Made by a program: the position numbers and the translations under genes. Shown in pieces: positions 37,387 to 45,732 of a stretch of DNA of 64,000 nt. Source of the DNA: a virus; the IMG/VR virus record IMGVR_UViG_3300042010_000012, positions 5,816 to 69,815 of that record. One strand, written 5' to 3'. Within the stretch, counting starts at the first letter, position 1, and each line of letters opens with the position of its first letter. The notes under the pieces are model-generated. The model did not search any database and had not been told where the DNA came from. It worked only from the letters and a program-made list of their open reading frames with translations.

Positions 37387-37566
37387 ATGACGCATGAAAG
37401 TTTGGAGTCGTATTACACAAATAACTTTCATGTACTATTCCATCGAGATATTGGTTTCGAAAACCACTTCAGGTTGTCCGATCTCGACGGGATGTTACCT
37501 TGGGAACGCGAGATTTACATGATGCTCATGAATCAAAAAATGGAACAGTACAAAAACGCCAAATAA
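37387..37566 (+). CDS. possible small ORF (59 aa)
   Basis: ATG 2 nt after the upstream stop. No clear RBS. Below the track cutoff. Confidence 0.25.
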   Translation: MTHESLESYYTNNFHVLFHRDIGFENHFRLSDLDGMLPWEREIYMMLMNQKMEQYKNAK

Positions 37567-37586
37567 CCCGTCGTCCGTAGGTCTAG

Positions 37587-37593
37587 TAAATAG
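37587..37593 (+). promoter_or_regulatory. candidate late promoter variant (AGTAAATAG) upstream of gp29 homologue
   Basis: TAAATAG on the + strand about 35 nt before the ATG at 37627. The same TAAATAG core is seen upstream of several late genes. Confidence 0.3.
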
Positions 37594-37626
37594 TTCTATA
37601 CACGCCATAAACAGGAACCGTTTATC

Positions 37627-39576
37627 ATGTCGTTTAAAGATATTCTACTAGACCTGCGCTCGATGCGGCGCAGTAACGCACTACGCAATGAAACTGATCC
37701 TACCAAAGTGGCAAACATCCTTGAGGATCTCATCAAGGAGTCCATTCACCTGCAACATGGTGGTGACAAAGGTTTTCAACGCAAGTCAATGGCCGAACTG
37801 AAACAGATTCGTCGTGACCTTGTGGCCGGGCAAATCAACGCAGGTGACAAGACGGGTAAAATGACCGTCGTTTACAGCAGCGTGATTGATGCCCTGAGCA
37901 AAGCCGAGCAAGAAGGCTCTAAAGGGATGCAGGTCTATGAGAAGACCGCTGAGTCCCTACGTAAGTCGATCCCATCGTCGGACACCCTGATCTCTGCCCT
38001 GATGACTGCGAACCCTCTGATGGGCTATGGCGTCAAGATGGTTCGGGATATGTCGCGCTCATCTGCTGAAGCAAGTCGGCGCGCAAAGCTTGAGGCCGCT
38101 AAGAAGATTGCATTGCTTCGCGATCAAAAAGCGTTCTTGGATGAACAGTTCAAAGCTGCTGAACAGGCTGAGCAACTGGCTGAAGAGACTGCTAAGTCAA
38201 CCGAAGACGGTCAGAAGAAAAAGGACAAAGCTGACAAGAAACGCAAAGGTAGTAACCAGTACACCATTCAAAGAGAAATTCTTGAAAGTATCGACCGTGA
38301 AATTAAGATGCTGGTTGATATCTGGAGCGATGAACCTGTCAGTCGCATTGAAGAGGCTATCAAAGAACTTTCAATGCAACAGTCTGAGGAAGCCGAGAAA
38401 ACCCGTATTGCCAACGAGGAAGCTGCTGAGAAGTCGCGCCGTGATGGTAAACTGGATAACATGGGTGACACTGATACCACGACCGCACCTACACCGATTC
38501 CCGATCAGCTCGACACACACGGCGTGCGTGATCCTGAGCATACAAATGGTGGTGGGTTGCTGTCGTCGATCATGGGTAGTATCGGTAAGATGTTCCTTAC
38601 TGGTATAGGTGGTCTATTCGCCGCAGGTGGCTTACTTGCTGCTGGTGGTATTCTGGCCACGATGTTGAAACCGATTAAAGGTATCATCAAGTTCTTTACA
38701 AGTATTGGTACAGTCGCACTCAAGCTTGCAGGAAAACTTGCGTTGCCTGTTACTGTGATCATGGCGATCTATGACTTCTTTGATGCATTCTTTAATGCAA
38801 GTGAGTACTTAGGTAAAGCAGACAGCCAGATCAGTATGGGCGAACGCATCTCGCTTGGTATTGCCAATGTCATTGCATCGATTGTAGGAATCTTCGATGA
38901 CGTCCTTGAACTGTTTGGTGTCGATCTGATTAACACAGAAGGGCTGACCAAGAAGATACATGAGTTCTTCATGGGCTTCCCTGATATGGTCATGAAGATG
39001 ATCAACGATGCCACAACCTATGTGACTGACATGTATGGTGAAGTTGTTGCATCACTGAAAAGTCAAGTCGAAGATGTTAAATCTGGGCTTGTTGATGCGT
39101 ACACTGGAGTGGTCGATAAGATCATGGGTATTTTCGATTCAATCACATCGACCTTTAAAACGGTCATTGAAACAATTGAAAAGAAATTCTCTGAATGGAA
39201 GCAGACGATCAGCAACATTCCAGGTATTGGTCCGTTGTTCTCATCTGATCCGACTGAGCCACTGAAACTTGATCCAGCCGCGATTGATCAGGCAAGTCAA
39301 GATCTCAAAGACATGACTAGCTCAACAAACCTGCTTCGAGTGAATGAGGGTGTTGCTACGATGGTACCGCTGAGTCCACAAGAGCAGCCTACAGGGTCGC
39401 AAGCTGCATCAGCGAACGTTCAGCGCGCAGAGCGTCAAACCCAAGCGCAAGCAGCATCACCAGTAATGGTTAATGCGCCACAAACAACTGTGAACAACAT
39501 TAACCAAGGTGGTGGCCAGAAGTCAACTAACACGTCTAATCAGAACCACAAGTTCCGAAGAATGGCGGACAGGTAA
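37627..39576 (+). CDS. 29: baseplate hub / tail tape-measure protein (gp29-like)
   Basis: 649 aa. Long coiled-coil Lys/Glu-rich N-terminal half. Central glycine/hydrophobic segment (GGLFAAGGLLAAGGILA). Located within the baseplate cluster. Confidence 0.55.
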   Translation: MSFKDILLDLRSMRRSNALRNETDPTKVANILEDLIKESIHLQHGGDKGFQRKSMAELKQIRRDLVAGQINAGDKTGKMTVVYSSVIDALSKAEQEGSKGMQVYEKTAESLRKSIPSSDTLISALMTANPLMGYGVKMVRDMSRSSAEASRRAKLEAAKKIALLRDQKAFLDEQFKAAEQAEQLAEETAKSTEDGQKKKDKADKKRKGSNQYTIQREILESIDREIKMLVDIWSDEPVSRIEEAIKELSMQQSEEAEKTRIANEEAAEKSRRDGKLDNMGDTDTTTAPTPIPDQLDTHGVRDPEHTNGGGLLSSIMGSIGKMFLTGIGGLFAAGGLLAAGGILATMLKPIKGIIKFFTSIGTVALKLAGKLALPVTVIMAIYDFFDAFFNASEYLGKADSQISMGERISLGIANVIASIVGIFDDVLELFGVDLINTEGLTKKIHEFFMGFPDMVMKMINDATTYVTDMYGEVVASLKSQVEDVKSGLVDAYTGVVDKIMGIFDSITSTFKTVIETIEKKFSEWKQTISNIPGIGPLFSSDPTEPLKLDPAAIDQASQDLKDMTSSTNLLRVNEGVATMVPLSPQEQPTGSQAASANVQRAERQTQAQAASPVMVNAPQTTVNNINQGGGQKSTNTSNQNHKFRRMADR

Positions 39577-39582
39577 GTAAAC

Positions 39583-39609
39583 AAAGCGCGGCTTAGGTCG
39601 CGCTTTTTA
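39583..39609. terminator. bidirectional terminator
   Basis: AAAGCGCG GCTTAGGT CGCGCTTT followed by TTTAT. The stop of the convergent - gene lies in the loop. Confidence 0.55.
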
Positions 39610-40192
39610 TTGCGTTGTCTTTCAGGAACTGCATGAAGATGTCTTCATGCACATCATAACCAAACAAGTTGATCTGTTTACGTTTAGGTCTGAAGTTCGA
39701 CACAACGGTCTTGACTTCGACATCAAAGATGATTTCATCGACGCTACTGAACTTATCATCAAACGCGTTTTGAGTTTGGATGGAATAGATAACACCATCA
39801 GTGTCACCGATGAGTCCATACAAAGGGCCGTTGAAGGTGTGAATGATTGAACCTAGATTTCGATCACTGAAGCCAAGGTTGACCAAGTGCTGAAACGCTT
39901 GTCGGATGACGTCTTTGTCATTACCAGTTTTGATCTTCAATGCTTTGAACTTGCCGAGACCCAGGAACTTGGCGATGTCCATTTGAAGGCCTTTAGGCTT
40001 TTCCTTAGTATGGACCAGGCTGCCATTTTGACTAAGGTAAATGTAGTGCCGGTCATTTATAGCATGACTGTACACGCCATAACCATCAACAATCGTGTGA
40101 CCTTCTGCGCGCAGTTTCGCACGCACTCGACTCCAGATCTCTGAGCCGTGAGCTTGCATGTCTTTAGTTGTGAAGTAGTCGTTTGTACGCAT
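39593..40192 (-). CDS. hypothetical protein
   Basis: 199-aa ORF. Confidence 0.45.
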   Translation of the reverse strand: MRTNDYFTTKDMQAHGSEIWSRVRAKLRAEGHTIVDGYGVYSHAINDRHYIYLSQNGSLVHTKEKPKGLQMDIAKFLGLGKFKALKIKTGNDKDVIRQAFQHLVNLGFSDRNLGSIIHTFNGPLYGLIGDTDGVIYSIQTQNAFDDKFSSVDEIIFDVEVKTVVSNFRPKRKQINLFGYDVHEDIFMQFLKDNAIKSAT

Positions 40193-40761
40193 TATGCAAC
40201 CTTCAAGTCAAGTAGGAAATCACTAAGTTCGAAAAGATCAAACGTTGTGTTGATGTTGAAGCAGCGAACGTTATGTTCTTTGGCGATTCTCCATGCAGTG
40301 GCGGTACCACCTTCAGGAACGCCTTTACGATCAACCGGCGCCCAGCATATAAGGAACTTCGATGGGTCGTCAAGTGAATGACCAAGCACCTGAAACACAT
40401 TACGTGTGTGTAGGGTTCTAGCACCTTTCGAACATGCATTCCAATCGGGGTGCACACTCTTAGCGATCTGAACCGCCTTTTCCCAAATCACCGCAGGGAC
40501 TTGTTCAGGGACTGTATAATTCAAACCCTTCTTTCGACCTTCAAAGCCATCCCACGGCAGGTAGATGTCGTAGAACTGTTTCGGACTACGGATCAGATAT
40601 TGCTTTGCACCGTCCTCAAACGCTGTGTCAGCCCCTTCAGCGCCACCCGAACGCAGTGTGTAGTGCGCGTGTGCGAGACGACTGCCAAGGGCTTTGAGGA
40701 CTTCACATTGGGTCTTTGGCGTCCCGCGTGAGCCAACGCCTGTGTAGTAGAGGTGTTTCAT
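40192..40761 (-). CDS. DprA/Smf-like Rossmann-fold (SLOG superfamily) protein
   Basis: YTGVGSRGTP...LAHAHYTLRSGGAEGADTAFEDGA...GGTATAWRIAKEHNV matches the DprA core (GSR.....SGGA.G.D..AH..AL..GGT). Confidence 0.45.
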   Translation of the reverse strand: MKHLYYTGVGSRGTPKTQCEVLKALGSRLAHAHYTLRSGGAEGADTAFEDGAKQYLIRSPKQFYDIYLPWDGFEGRKKGLNYTVPEQVPAVIWEKAVQIAKSVHPDWNACSKGARTLHTRNVFQVLGHSLDDPSKFLICWAPVDRKGVPEGGTATAWRIAKEHNVRCFNINTTFDLFELSDFLLDLKVA

Positions 40762-40766
40762 AATGA

Positions 40767-41225
40767 TTACCGAGTCCTTGGTAGTGAGCTAACGTCGATT
40801 TTGAAACCTTCGAGTTCGATGCTCTTGACCAGAGTCTGCATCTCAACCTTGAGGCTTTCTTGCAGTTCGCGGATCTCGATAATGCGATCACGCCATTCGC
40901 GCAGGTCACCTTTAGGCTTGATCATAGCTTCATCGAACATGTCACGGGTGATGATTGCAGTGTCATAGTCAATCGAGGCTTCAAGTTCAAGCGGATCAGA
41001 ACTTCCAGGTTTAGACGGGTGGTAAACACCTTGACATAAAGCGTCAGCGGTCGACGAGTTCGAACCGCGACCGTAAGTCCACTGATCGGAATCATCGTCG
41101 AACTTGGGAGTTTTGCGCCAGTAGTAAATGCCGCCGTCACCGTCTTGTGTGATAGCGACACAACCTTCGCGTGGATACTCGGTCAGGAAAGTCTGAACGA
41201 GGTTAAGCAGTTTCTTACGTGCCAT
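40767..41225 (-). CDS. hypothetical protein
   Basis: 152 aa with RBS AAGGAA. Confidence 0.45.
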   Translation of the reverse strand: MARKKLLNLVQTFLTEYPREGCVAITQDGDGGIYYWRKTPKFDDDSDQWTYGRGSNSSTADALCQGVYHPSKPGSSDPLELEASIDYDTAIITRDMFDEAMIKPKGDLREWRDRIIEIRELQESLKVEMQTLVKSIELEGFKIDVSSLPRTR

Positions 41226-41249
41226 GGTAATATTCCTTGAATCGAAGAA

Positions 41250-41269
41250 AAGGGGCCTTGCGACCCCTT
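41250..41269 (-). terminator. weak terminator or attenuator after the NAMPT-like gene
   Basis: The - strand reads AAGGGGTCGCAAGGCCCCTT followed by TTCTTCG. Confidence 0.35.
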
Positions 41270-41285
41270 ATTCAGTTAGTTGATA

Positions 41286-42980
41286 TTAGTCAATCAGGCG
41301 TTGACGAATCTCGGACAGACTTGTTTCAGATACAACACCGTTGTGGAACAGAATCTCCATCGCACCCAGGTTGTCGATATCACTCATCGGTTGTTGGTCG
41401 TACAAGACGAACTCATCACCTTCTTTCTCGACTCGCAGAAGACCTTTAGCCGACTTCTTGAGCGCGTCACCAGTCTTCGGATCTTTGAACAGCTCAATAA
41501 ATTCACCGTCAATGACAGTAGCTGTGGCTTTAACAGCACTACCAAAAGTATCACGAGTTGAATAGTTGTAAGTGTAACTGCCAATGCCAAGTACCACATT
41601 GCCACTTGCGAAGCCCTTATCCATCAGACGTTGCAGAATTTCCCACTGACGTTCCAGGGTGATGCTGTCACCGTAGATCAGACCGATGTGAGTGTCGAGT
41701 TGTTTGAAGCCTTTGTCGGAGTAAGTACCACCGAAGGTTTCCCACAGCAGTTCGATAGAACCTTTGACTTCGTGATCTGGTATAACTTCACCAACTGCTA
41801 CGCGGCTTGGGTCAACACGATCAAATCGACGATACTGATCACCAATACGAACAACTTGAGCCTTACCGATAGAACTCAGCTTTGCGGTTTCGAAGTCATA
41901 CGCTTTGTAGAATGCATCAACACTATCGAACTCATCAGCCAGAACATGTAAACCGCAGATGATTTCGATTGGATTGCCGCTGTCAGGGCGAATGACCAAA
42001 CGACCATCACGCGCCATAATTGCCTCTTTGACGCCCGGAGTAGGCAAGAGCTGAGTCAGCAAACCCCAGTAATCGTAGGTGTCAGCAACATAGCTGGCAA
42101 AGCCTGTAGGCACGATGCGAGTGATGTAGTCGAGCAGGAAGCGAACTTCACCGAGCAACAGGTATTGTTCATCGGTCATGCCAGGCATTTCTTCGCGCAG
42201 TGCACGAACGTGGAACAGGATGTTGCTGGAACTGATGCTGTGTTCAGTAGCAGGTACACTACCACCAATCAGTTCGTTGTCGGAATCGGCGTGGTAGTAG
42301 TCTTCCACGTAGTCGATAGCCGATACCACATCAGTGCCAGTGAACGACAGCAAGTGAGCAGCACCCGAACGCGCAGCATCTTCAGGACCCGACATACCGC
42401 GAGAAGAGAAGTCGTGACCTTGCCACTGGATCGCTTCTTTCGGCGTACCAGTCAGTTCAGCGAAGTGTTCGAACACGCGGCGATATTCGTAGGCGATGGT
42501 CGCGTTGAGACTGGATTTCCAGTTCGAGTTCGATAGAGTCGGTTCGATGTAGTTGACCAACCAGGCGAAGTCAGGGTGAGTGTTGTTGATCATCATTGTT
42601 GGAACTTTCATGCTGACGCGACTGCCTTCTGGCAGAGCGCGTACAAGCAGCGGCAGATAGCCCAGATCATGCAGTTGAGCGAAGCCGTCAGCAGGGATAA
42701 CGCCAGGGCCCATCATGTTGTTACAACGACGTTGATAGCGCGCAACAGCTTGTTCTTTTGGTAGGTTGAAGAACTGTTCATTGAACGCTTCAACCAGGAA
42801 TTCGGACGCGAAACCTTGACCACCAAACACAACCATCTTCTTGTCGAACAGTGGGCCACCTTTGAACAGGCGGTCACTGCGAGGGGTGAAATTTGAAGAC
42901 AGGAAAGTAGTGAATATGCGCATCATTGCGCGGTGACCAAGTTTATACGCGTCGGTTGCTGACAGAGGTTGCAGTTTCAT
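41286..42980 (-). CDS. NAMPT-family phosphoribosyltransferase (NadV-like; possible nicotinamide ADPR transferase Namat)
   Basis: 564 aa. TDAYKLGH, HDFSSRG, SVPATEHS and IRPDSGNP match NAMPT TDSYKVTH, HDFGYRG, SVPAAEHS and IRPDSGNP. Confidence 0.75.
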   Translation of the reverse strand: MKLQPLSATDAYKLGHRAMMRIFTTFLSSNFTPRSDRLFKGGPLFDKKMVVFGGQGFASEFLVEAFNEQFFNLPKEQAVARYQRRCNNMMGPGVIPADGFAQLHDLGYLPLLVRALPEGSRVSMKVPTMMINNTHPDFAWLVNYIEPTLSNSNWKSSLNATIAYEYRRVFEHFAELTGTPKEAIQWQGHDFSSRGMSGPEDAARSGAAHLLSFTGTDVVSAIDYVEDYYHADSDNELIGGSVPATEHSISSSNILFHVRALREEMPGMTDEQYLLLGEVRFLLDYITRIVPTGFASYVADTYDYWGLLTQLLPTPGVKEAIMARDGRLVIRPDSGNPIEIICGLHVLADEFDSVDAFYKAYDFETAKLSSIGKAQVVRIGDQYRRFDRVDPSRVAVGEVIPDHEVKGSIELLWETFGGTYSDKGFKQLDTHIGLIYGDSITLERQWEILQRLMDKGFASGNVVLGIGSYTYNYSTRDTFGSAVKATATVIDGEFIELFKDPKTGDALKKSAKGLLRVEKEGDEFVLYDQQPMSDIDNLGAMEILFHNGVVSETSLSEIRQRLID

Positions 42981-43030
42981 TGTTTCAATTTCCTTTCATG
43001 TGAAATAATAACGAAGTTAGGAATTGCTGC

Positions 43031-43855
43031 TTACCAGGGGAAGTAAACCATGTTGGCAGGCATGTTGTTGATTGCAGCGCCTTTGAAGCTTGTCGTAGTG
43101 TACACACGATCAAATTCATTCGCAACTACATCAGCGCCTTTAGTGAACAAGCCGTGAGTTACAGCAAGTTCAACGCGATTTGCGGCAGTAGTCAGTTTGG
43201 CGAGTTCGATGAAAGTACGGCCACCGTCGCAGATGTCGTCAAGTACGAACAAGTTCAAACCAGTTACATCGGCAGACATTGTCAGGCTTGTAATGTGACC
43301 AGTAGCCATGTCGCGTTCTTTGTTGCAGACGATAACACCTTTTGCACCGACTGCTTTGGCGAACGCTGCCGACTTCTTGTATGCACCTGCATCAGGCGCG
43401 ACGATGTGGATATTCGACCAGTTGCTGTGCACACGACGGAAGATGTCGATCTGGTCGATAACGACGATGTTTTTGATCAGTGCGGACATTACATCGCTGT
43501 GTGGATCAAGTACGACGACTTGTTCGAACCCCAGGTTGTTGATAAGTTCCGCCATTACCGCTGCACTGTGAGCATCACCGCGATTGCAGACACGATCCTG
43601 GCGCGCATACGGCATGTAAGGGATGCGCGCTTTCAACTTGATGCCGACGTATTCACGACGCAACGCATCCACTGTAAACAGCAACTTCATGATGTCGTCA
43701 TTTGTTGCGAGGTACGCAATAACAGTGGCTTCGGTTACTTCAGGATGACCCCAACCAGAAGGCTTTTCACTGTTGAGGCCAATACCCACTTCACCAGCAG
43801 GGAATTGTTTGTTCTCAATGTCGTAGGTAACATTACCGATAATATACTTGATCAC
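43031..43855 (-). CDS. ribose-phosphate pyrophosphokinase family protein (Prs-like; possible ADPR-PP synthetase Adps)
   Basis: 274 aa. IPYMPYARQDR and VLDDICDGGRT match the Prs PRPP-binding motifs. The N-terminal ~50 aa are atypical for Prs. Confidence 0.7.
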   Translation of the reverse strand: MIKYIIGNVTYDIENKQFPAGEVGIGLNSEKPSGWGHPEVTEATVIAYLATNDDIMKLLFTVDALRREYVGIKLKARIPYMPYARQDRVCNRGDAHSAAVMAELINNLGFEQVVVLDPHSDVMSALIKNIVVIDQIDIFRRVHSNWSNIHIVAPDAGAYKKSAAFAKAVGAKGVIVCNKERDMATGHITSLTMSADVTGLNLFVLDDICDGGRTFIELAKLTTAANRVELAVTHGLFTKGADVVANEFDRVYTTTSFKGAAINNMPANMVYFPW

Positions 43856-43934
43856 GGGTTCTACTTCTCAGGGTTATGTTGATAGTGCAGGAAGTCTACA
43901 CTGCCTTAGTCTATACAGCAAGTTCTTTTTGAGT

Positions 43935-43967
43935 AGACAAAGAAAAGCCCTCAAACAAAGAGGGCTT
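43935..43967 (-). terminator. rho-independent terminator after the SPFH gene
   Basis: AAGCCCTC AAACAAA GAGGGCTT hairpin with the - strand T-run TTCTTTGTCT. Confidence 0.5.
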
Positions 43968-43986
43968 TTCGGGTGACGCTTAGGTG

Positions 43987-44835
43987 TTACTTGGCGAAGA
44001 CACGGTTGCTCAGACCGCTGCTACCCATTGCTTCGTATGGTACGAAGATCGCTGCCTTGTTCTCGGCCATCTTCTCCATCACTTCCAGCTGACGGTATTG
44101 CAGCAGAGTAGGCGTGATGCCCGCGGCGGTGATGTTGTTTTCGTCACGAACAGTCTCAGCACGTTTCATGCGGATGTCGTAGTCTTTGGCAGCAAGCAGC
44201 AGTTCGTTTGCCCGTTCAACCATCTTCACAGCCTGGTTGTTTGCTTCGGTTTCAATCGCCATCTCACGTTCGTTGCGCTTCTGGATCGCGTTATCGATTA
44301 CGTCAGGATAGTCGATGTTCGCCATCGTGATGTTCGACACTTCCAGAGGACTGTTCGCCATCGCTTTGCGCAATTGATCGGTCAGGTCGTTGCTGATCTT
44401 GTCGTAGTTGTTGGCAACTTCGGTCACCTTGTACTTACTCAAGACAGACCGCGATACAGTTTGGACCATGTCCTTACCGTACACACCGTAGACCATCGGC
44501 AGCGTCACCTGGAATTGCTGGTGCTTGATGTCGTTGAACATCGAGTTGATCACCTTCTCATTACCGTTGATGCGAGTACGGAAGCGCACTTGCAGGTTCA
44601 GGGTCAGGTCGTCGGCCATCTTGACTTGGATCGCCTCGGCCATGGTCTGAGTACTGGTGTCAAGGATCACCATGTCTTCAGTCCACCAGAGCCAGTACTT
44701 GCCAGTCTCTTTGACATCAGTGGAGTAGCCTGCGGCCGACAACACTTTACCTTTTGCTGCTGGCGGAACGGTCACTTTACCACAACCAACCATTGCCAGG
44801 GCGAGTACTGCACAAACAATCATTTTCTTAAACAT
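43987..44835 (-). CDS. SPFH/band-7 (stomatin/prohibitin-like) lipoprotein
   Basis: Start at the ATG at 44835 (RBS AAGGAA). Lipoprotein signal MFKKMIVCAVLALAMVGC. SPFH-like segment NAIQKRNEREMAIETEANNQA. The + ORF 43984..44853 is a shadow. Confidence 0.6.
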   Translation of the reverse strand: MFKKMIVCAVLALAMVGCGKVTVPPAAKGKVLSAAGYSTDVKETGKYWLWWTEDMVILDTSTQTMAEAIQVKMADDLTLNLQVRFRTRINGNEKVINSMFNDIKHQQFQVTLPMVYGVYGKDMVQTVSRSVLSKYKVTEVANNYDKISNDLTDQLRKAMANSPLEVSNITMANIDYPDVIDNAIQKRNEREMAIETEANNQAVKMVERANELLLAAKDYDIRMKRAETVRDENNITAAGITPTLLQYRQLEVMEKMAENKAAIFVPYEAMGSSGLSNRVFAK

Positions 44836-44836
44836 G

Positions 44837-45154
44837 TTACTTCGTTTCCTTGAGTTTGAGGGAATCTTCGAATTGCTGTTTGATGGAAGCCGCAGTATTG
44901 TGCGTGCTTTCAACTTTGTCAATAGTCAAAACAGGAGTTTCGACATCGAATTTGTTGCGACCAAGATCAGCTTGGCGAGTGCCTACGTCAAACGCGCTGA
45001 GACCCACTACAGCAGCGAGAACCAGGGTAGCTAGTGCAACATACTTCTTGTGCTGGCGAAAGCTGTGCAGGGTGAGTAACGCAGTCACAGTCAGCACTAC
45101 GATTGCCATGTACAGTTGCAGCGGGCTCCAACTCAGGTGAATTTCAACCATCAC
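44837..45154 (-). CDS. NfeD-like small membrane protein (putative SPFH partner)
   Basis: 105 aa. Two TM helices followed by a soluble beta-rich C-terminus. ATGA-type coupling to the SPFH gene, the typical operon arrangement. Confidence 0.4.
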   Translation of the reverse strand: MMVEIHLSWSPLQLYMAIVVLTVTALLTLHSFRQHKKYVALATLVLAAVVGLSAFDVGTRQADLGRNKFDVETPVLTIDKVESTHNTAASIKQQFEDSLKLKETK

Positions 45155-45423
45155 TTTGCATCCTTCATAGGTAGATCATTGATTGGGTTGCGATTGCTCA
45201 TGAGCAACGATGAATGTTGCAGGTCGATATTGTAGTCACTGGCCATACGCTTGACAATAGCTTTAACAACTTTGCCATTATCGCCGTTAGCTGGAACCCA
45301 GAGTCGCCAGAACGCAGGACCACTGCCAAAGTTCTCAATCACTACAGCTTCAACCAAACCGTTCTTTTGCTCTTGATACCACAGTTGTGGACTATTGAGT
45401 TTGATCAGTTTCTTGTGTGCCAT
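45151..45423 (-). CDS. hypothetical protein
   Basis: 90-aa ORF overlapping the downstream start. Confidence 0.45.
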   Translation of the reverse strand: MAHKKLIKLNSPQLWYQEQKNGLVEAVVIENFGSGPAFWRLWVPANGDNGKVVKAIVKRMASDYNIDLQHSSLLMSNRNPINDLPMKDAK

Positions 45424-45425
45424 GA

Positions 45426-45647
45426 TTACTTCGCTACCAGAACTTCAACGTGACTGAACGCGGTGTACGTAGGGCCGCCACCGTTTCGATCTTCTTTCAG
45501 GACGTGGCGGATAGCGGATACTAAGAGTTTGTGACCTTTATCATTGATGATAGTATCACCTTTATCAGGGTGAGTGCATGCGTGGTACGAAAACAACTCC
45601 TCACCATCACTGACTTTAACAACTTTGATTTTGTAGATCCCGTGCAT
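45426..45647 (-). CDS. hypothetical protein
   Basis: 73 aa with RBS AAGGAG. Confidence 0.45.
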   Translation of the reverse strand: MHGIYKIKVVKVSDGEELFSYHACTHPDKGDTIINDKGHKLLVSAIRHVLKEDRNGGGPTYTAFSHVEVLVAK

Positions 45648-45668
45648 ATCGTCTCCTTTGTTAGTTGA

Positions 45669-45720
45669 GCTTTACTTTGTCGAGATGCGCACTCTAACAC
45701 GTCGTTCGACAAAGTAAAGC
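45669..45720 (-). promoter_or_regulatory. perfect 15-bp inverted repeat (GCTTTACTTTGTCGA / TCGACAAAGTAAAGC) with 22-nt loop in a 5' UTR
   Basis: Seen directly in the sequence. Lies between the RNA ligase gene and the next gene, immediately upstream of the AAGGAG RBS. Confidence 0.4.
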
Positions 45721-45732
45721 CTCTATTTCAAA

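Noticed and set aside
36644-37420. 258-aa - strand ORF
   Set aside because: It is antisense to the 237-aa baseplate-cluster gene, and nothing else in this + strand operon is on the - strand.
43984-44853. 289-aa + strand His-rich ORF
   Set aside because: It is antisense to the SPFH lipoprotein gene, which has a signal peptide and an RBS.
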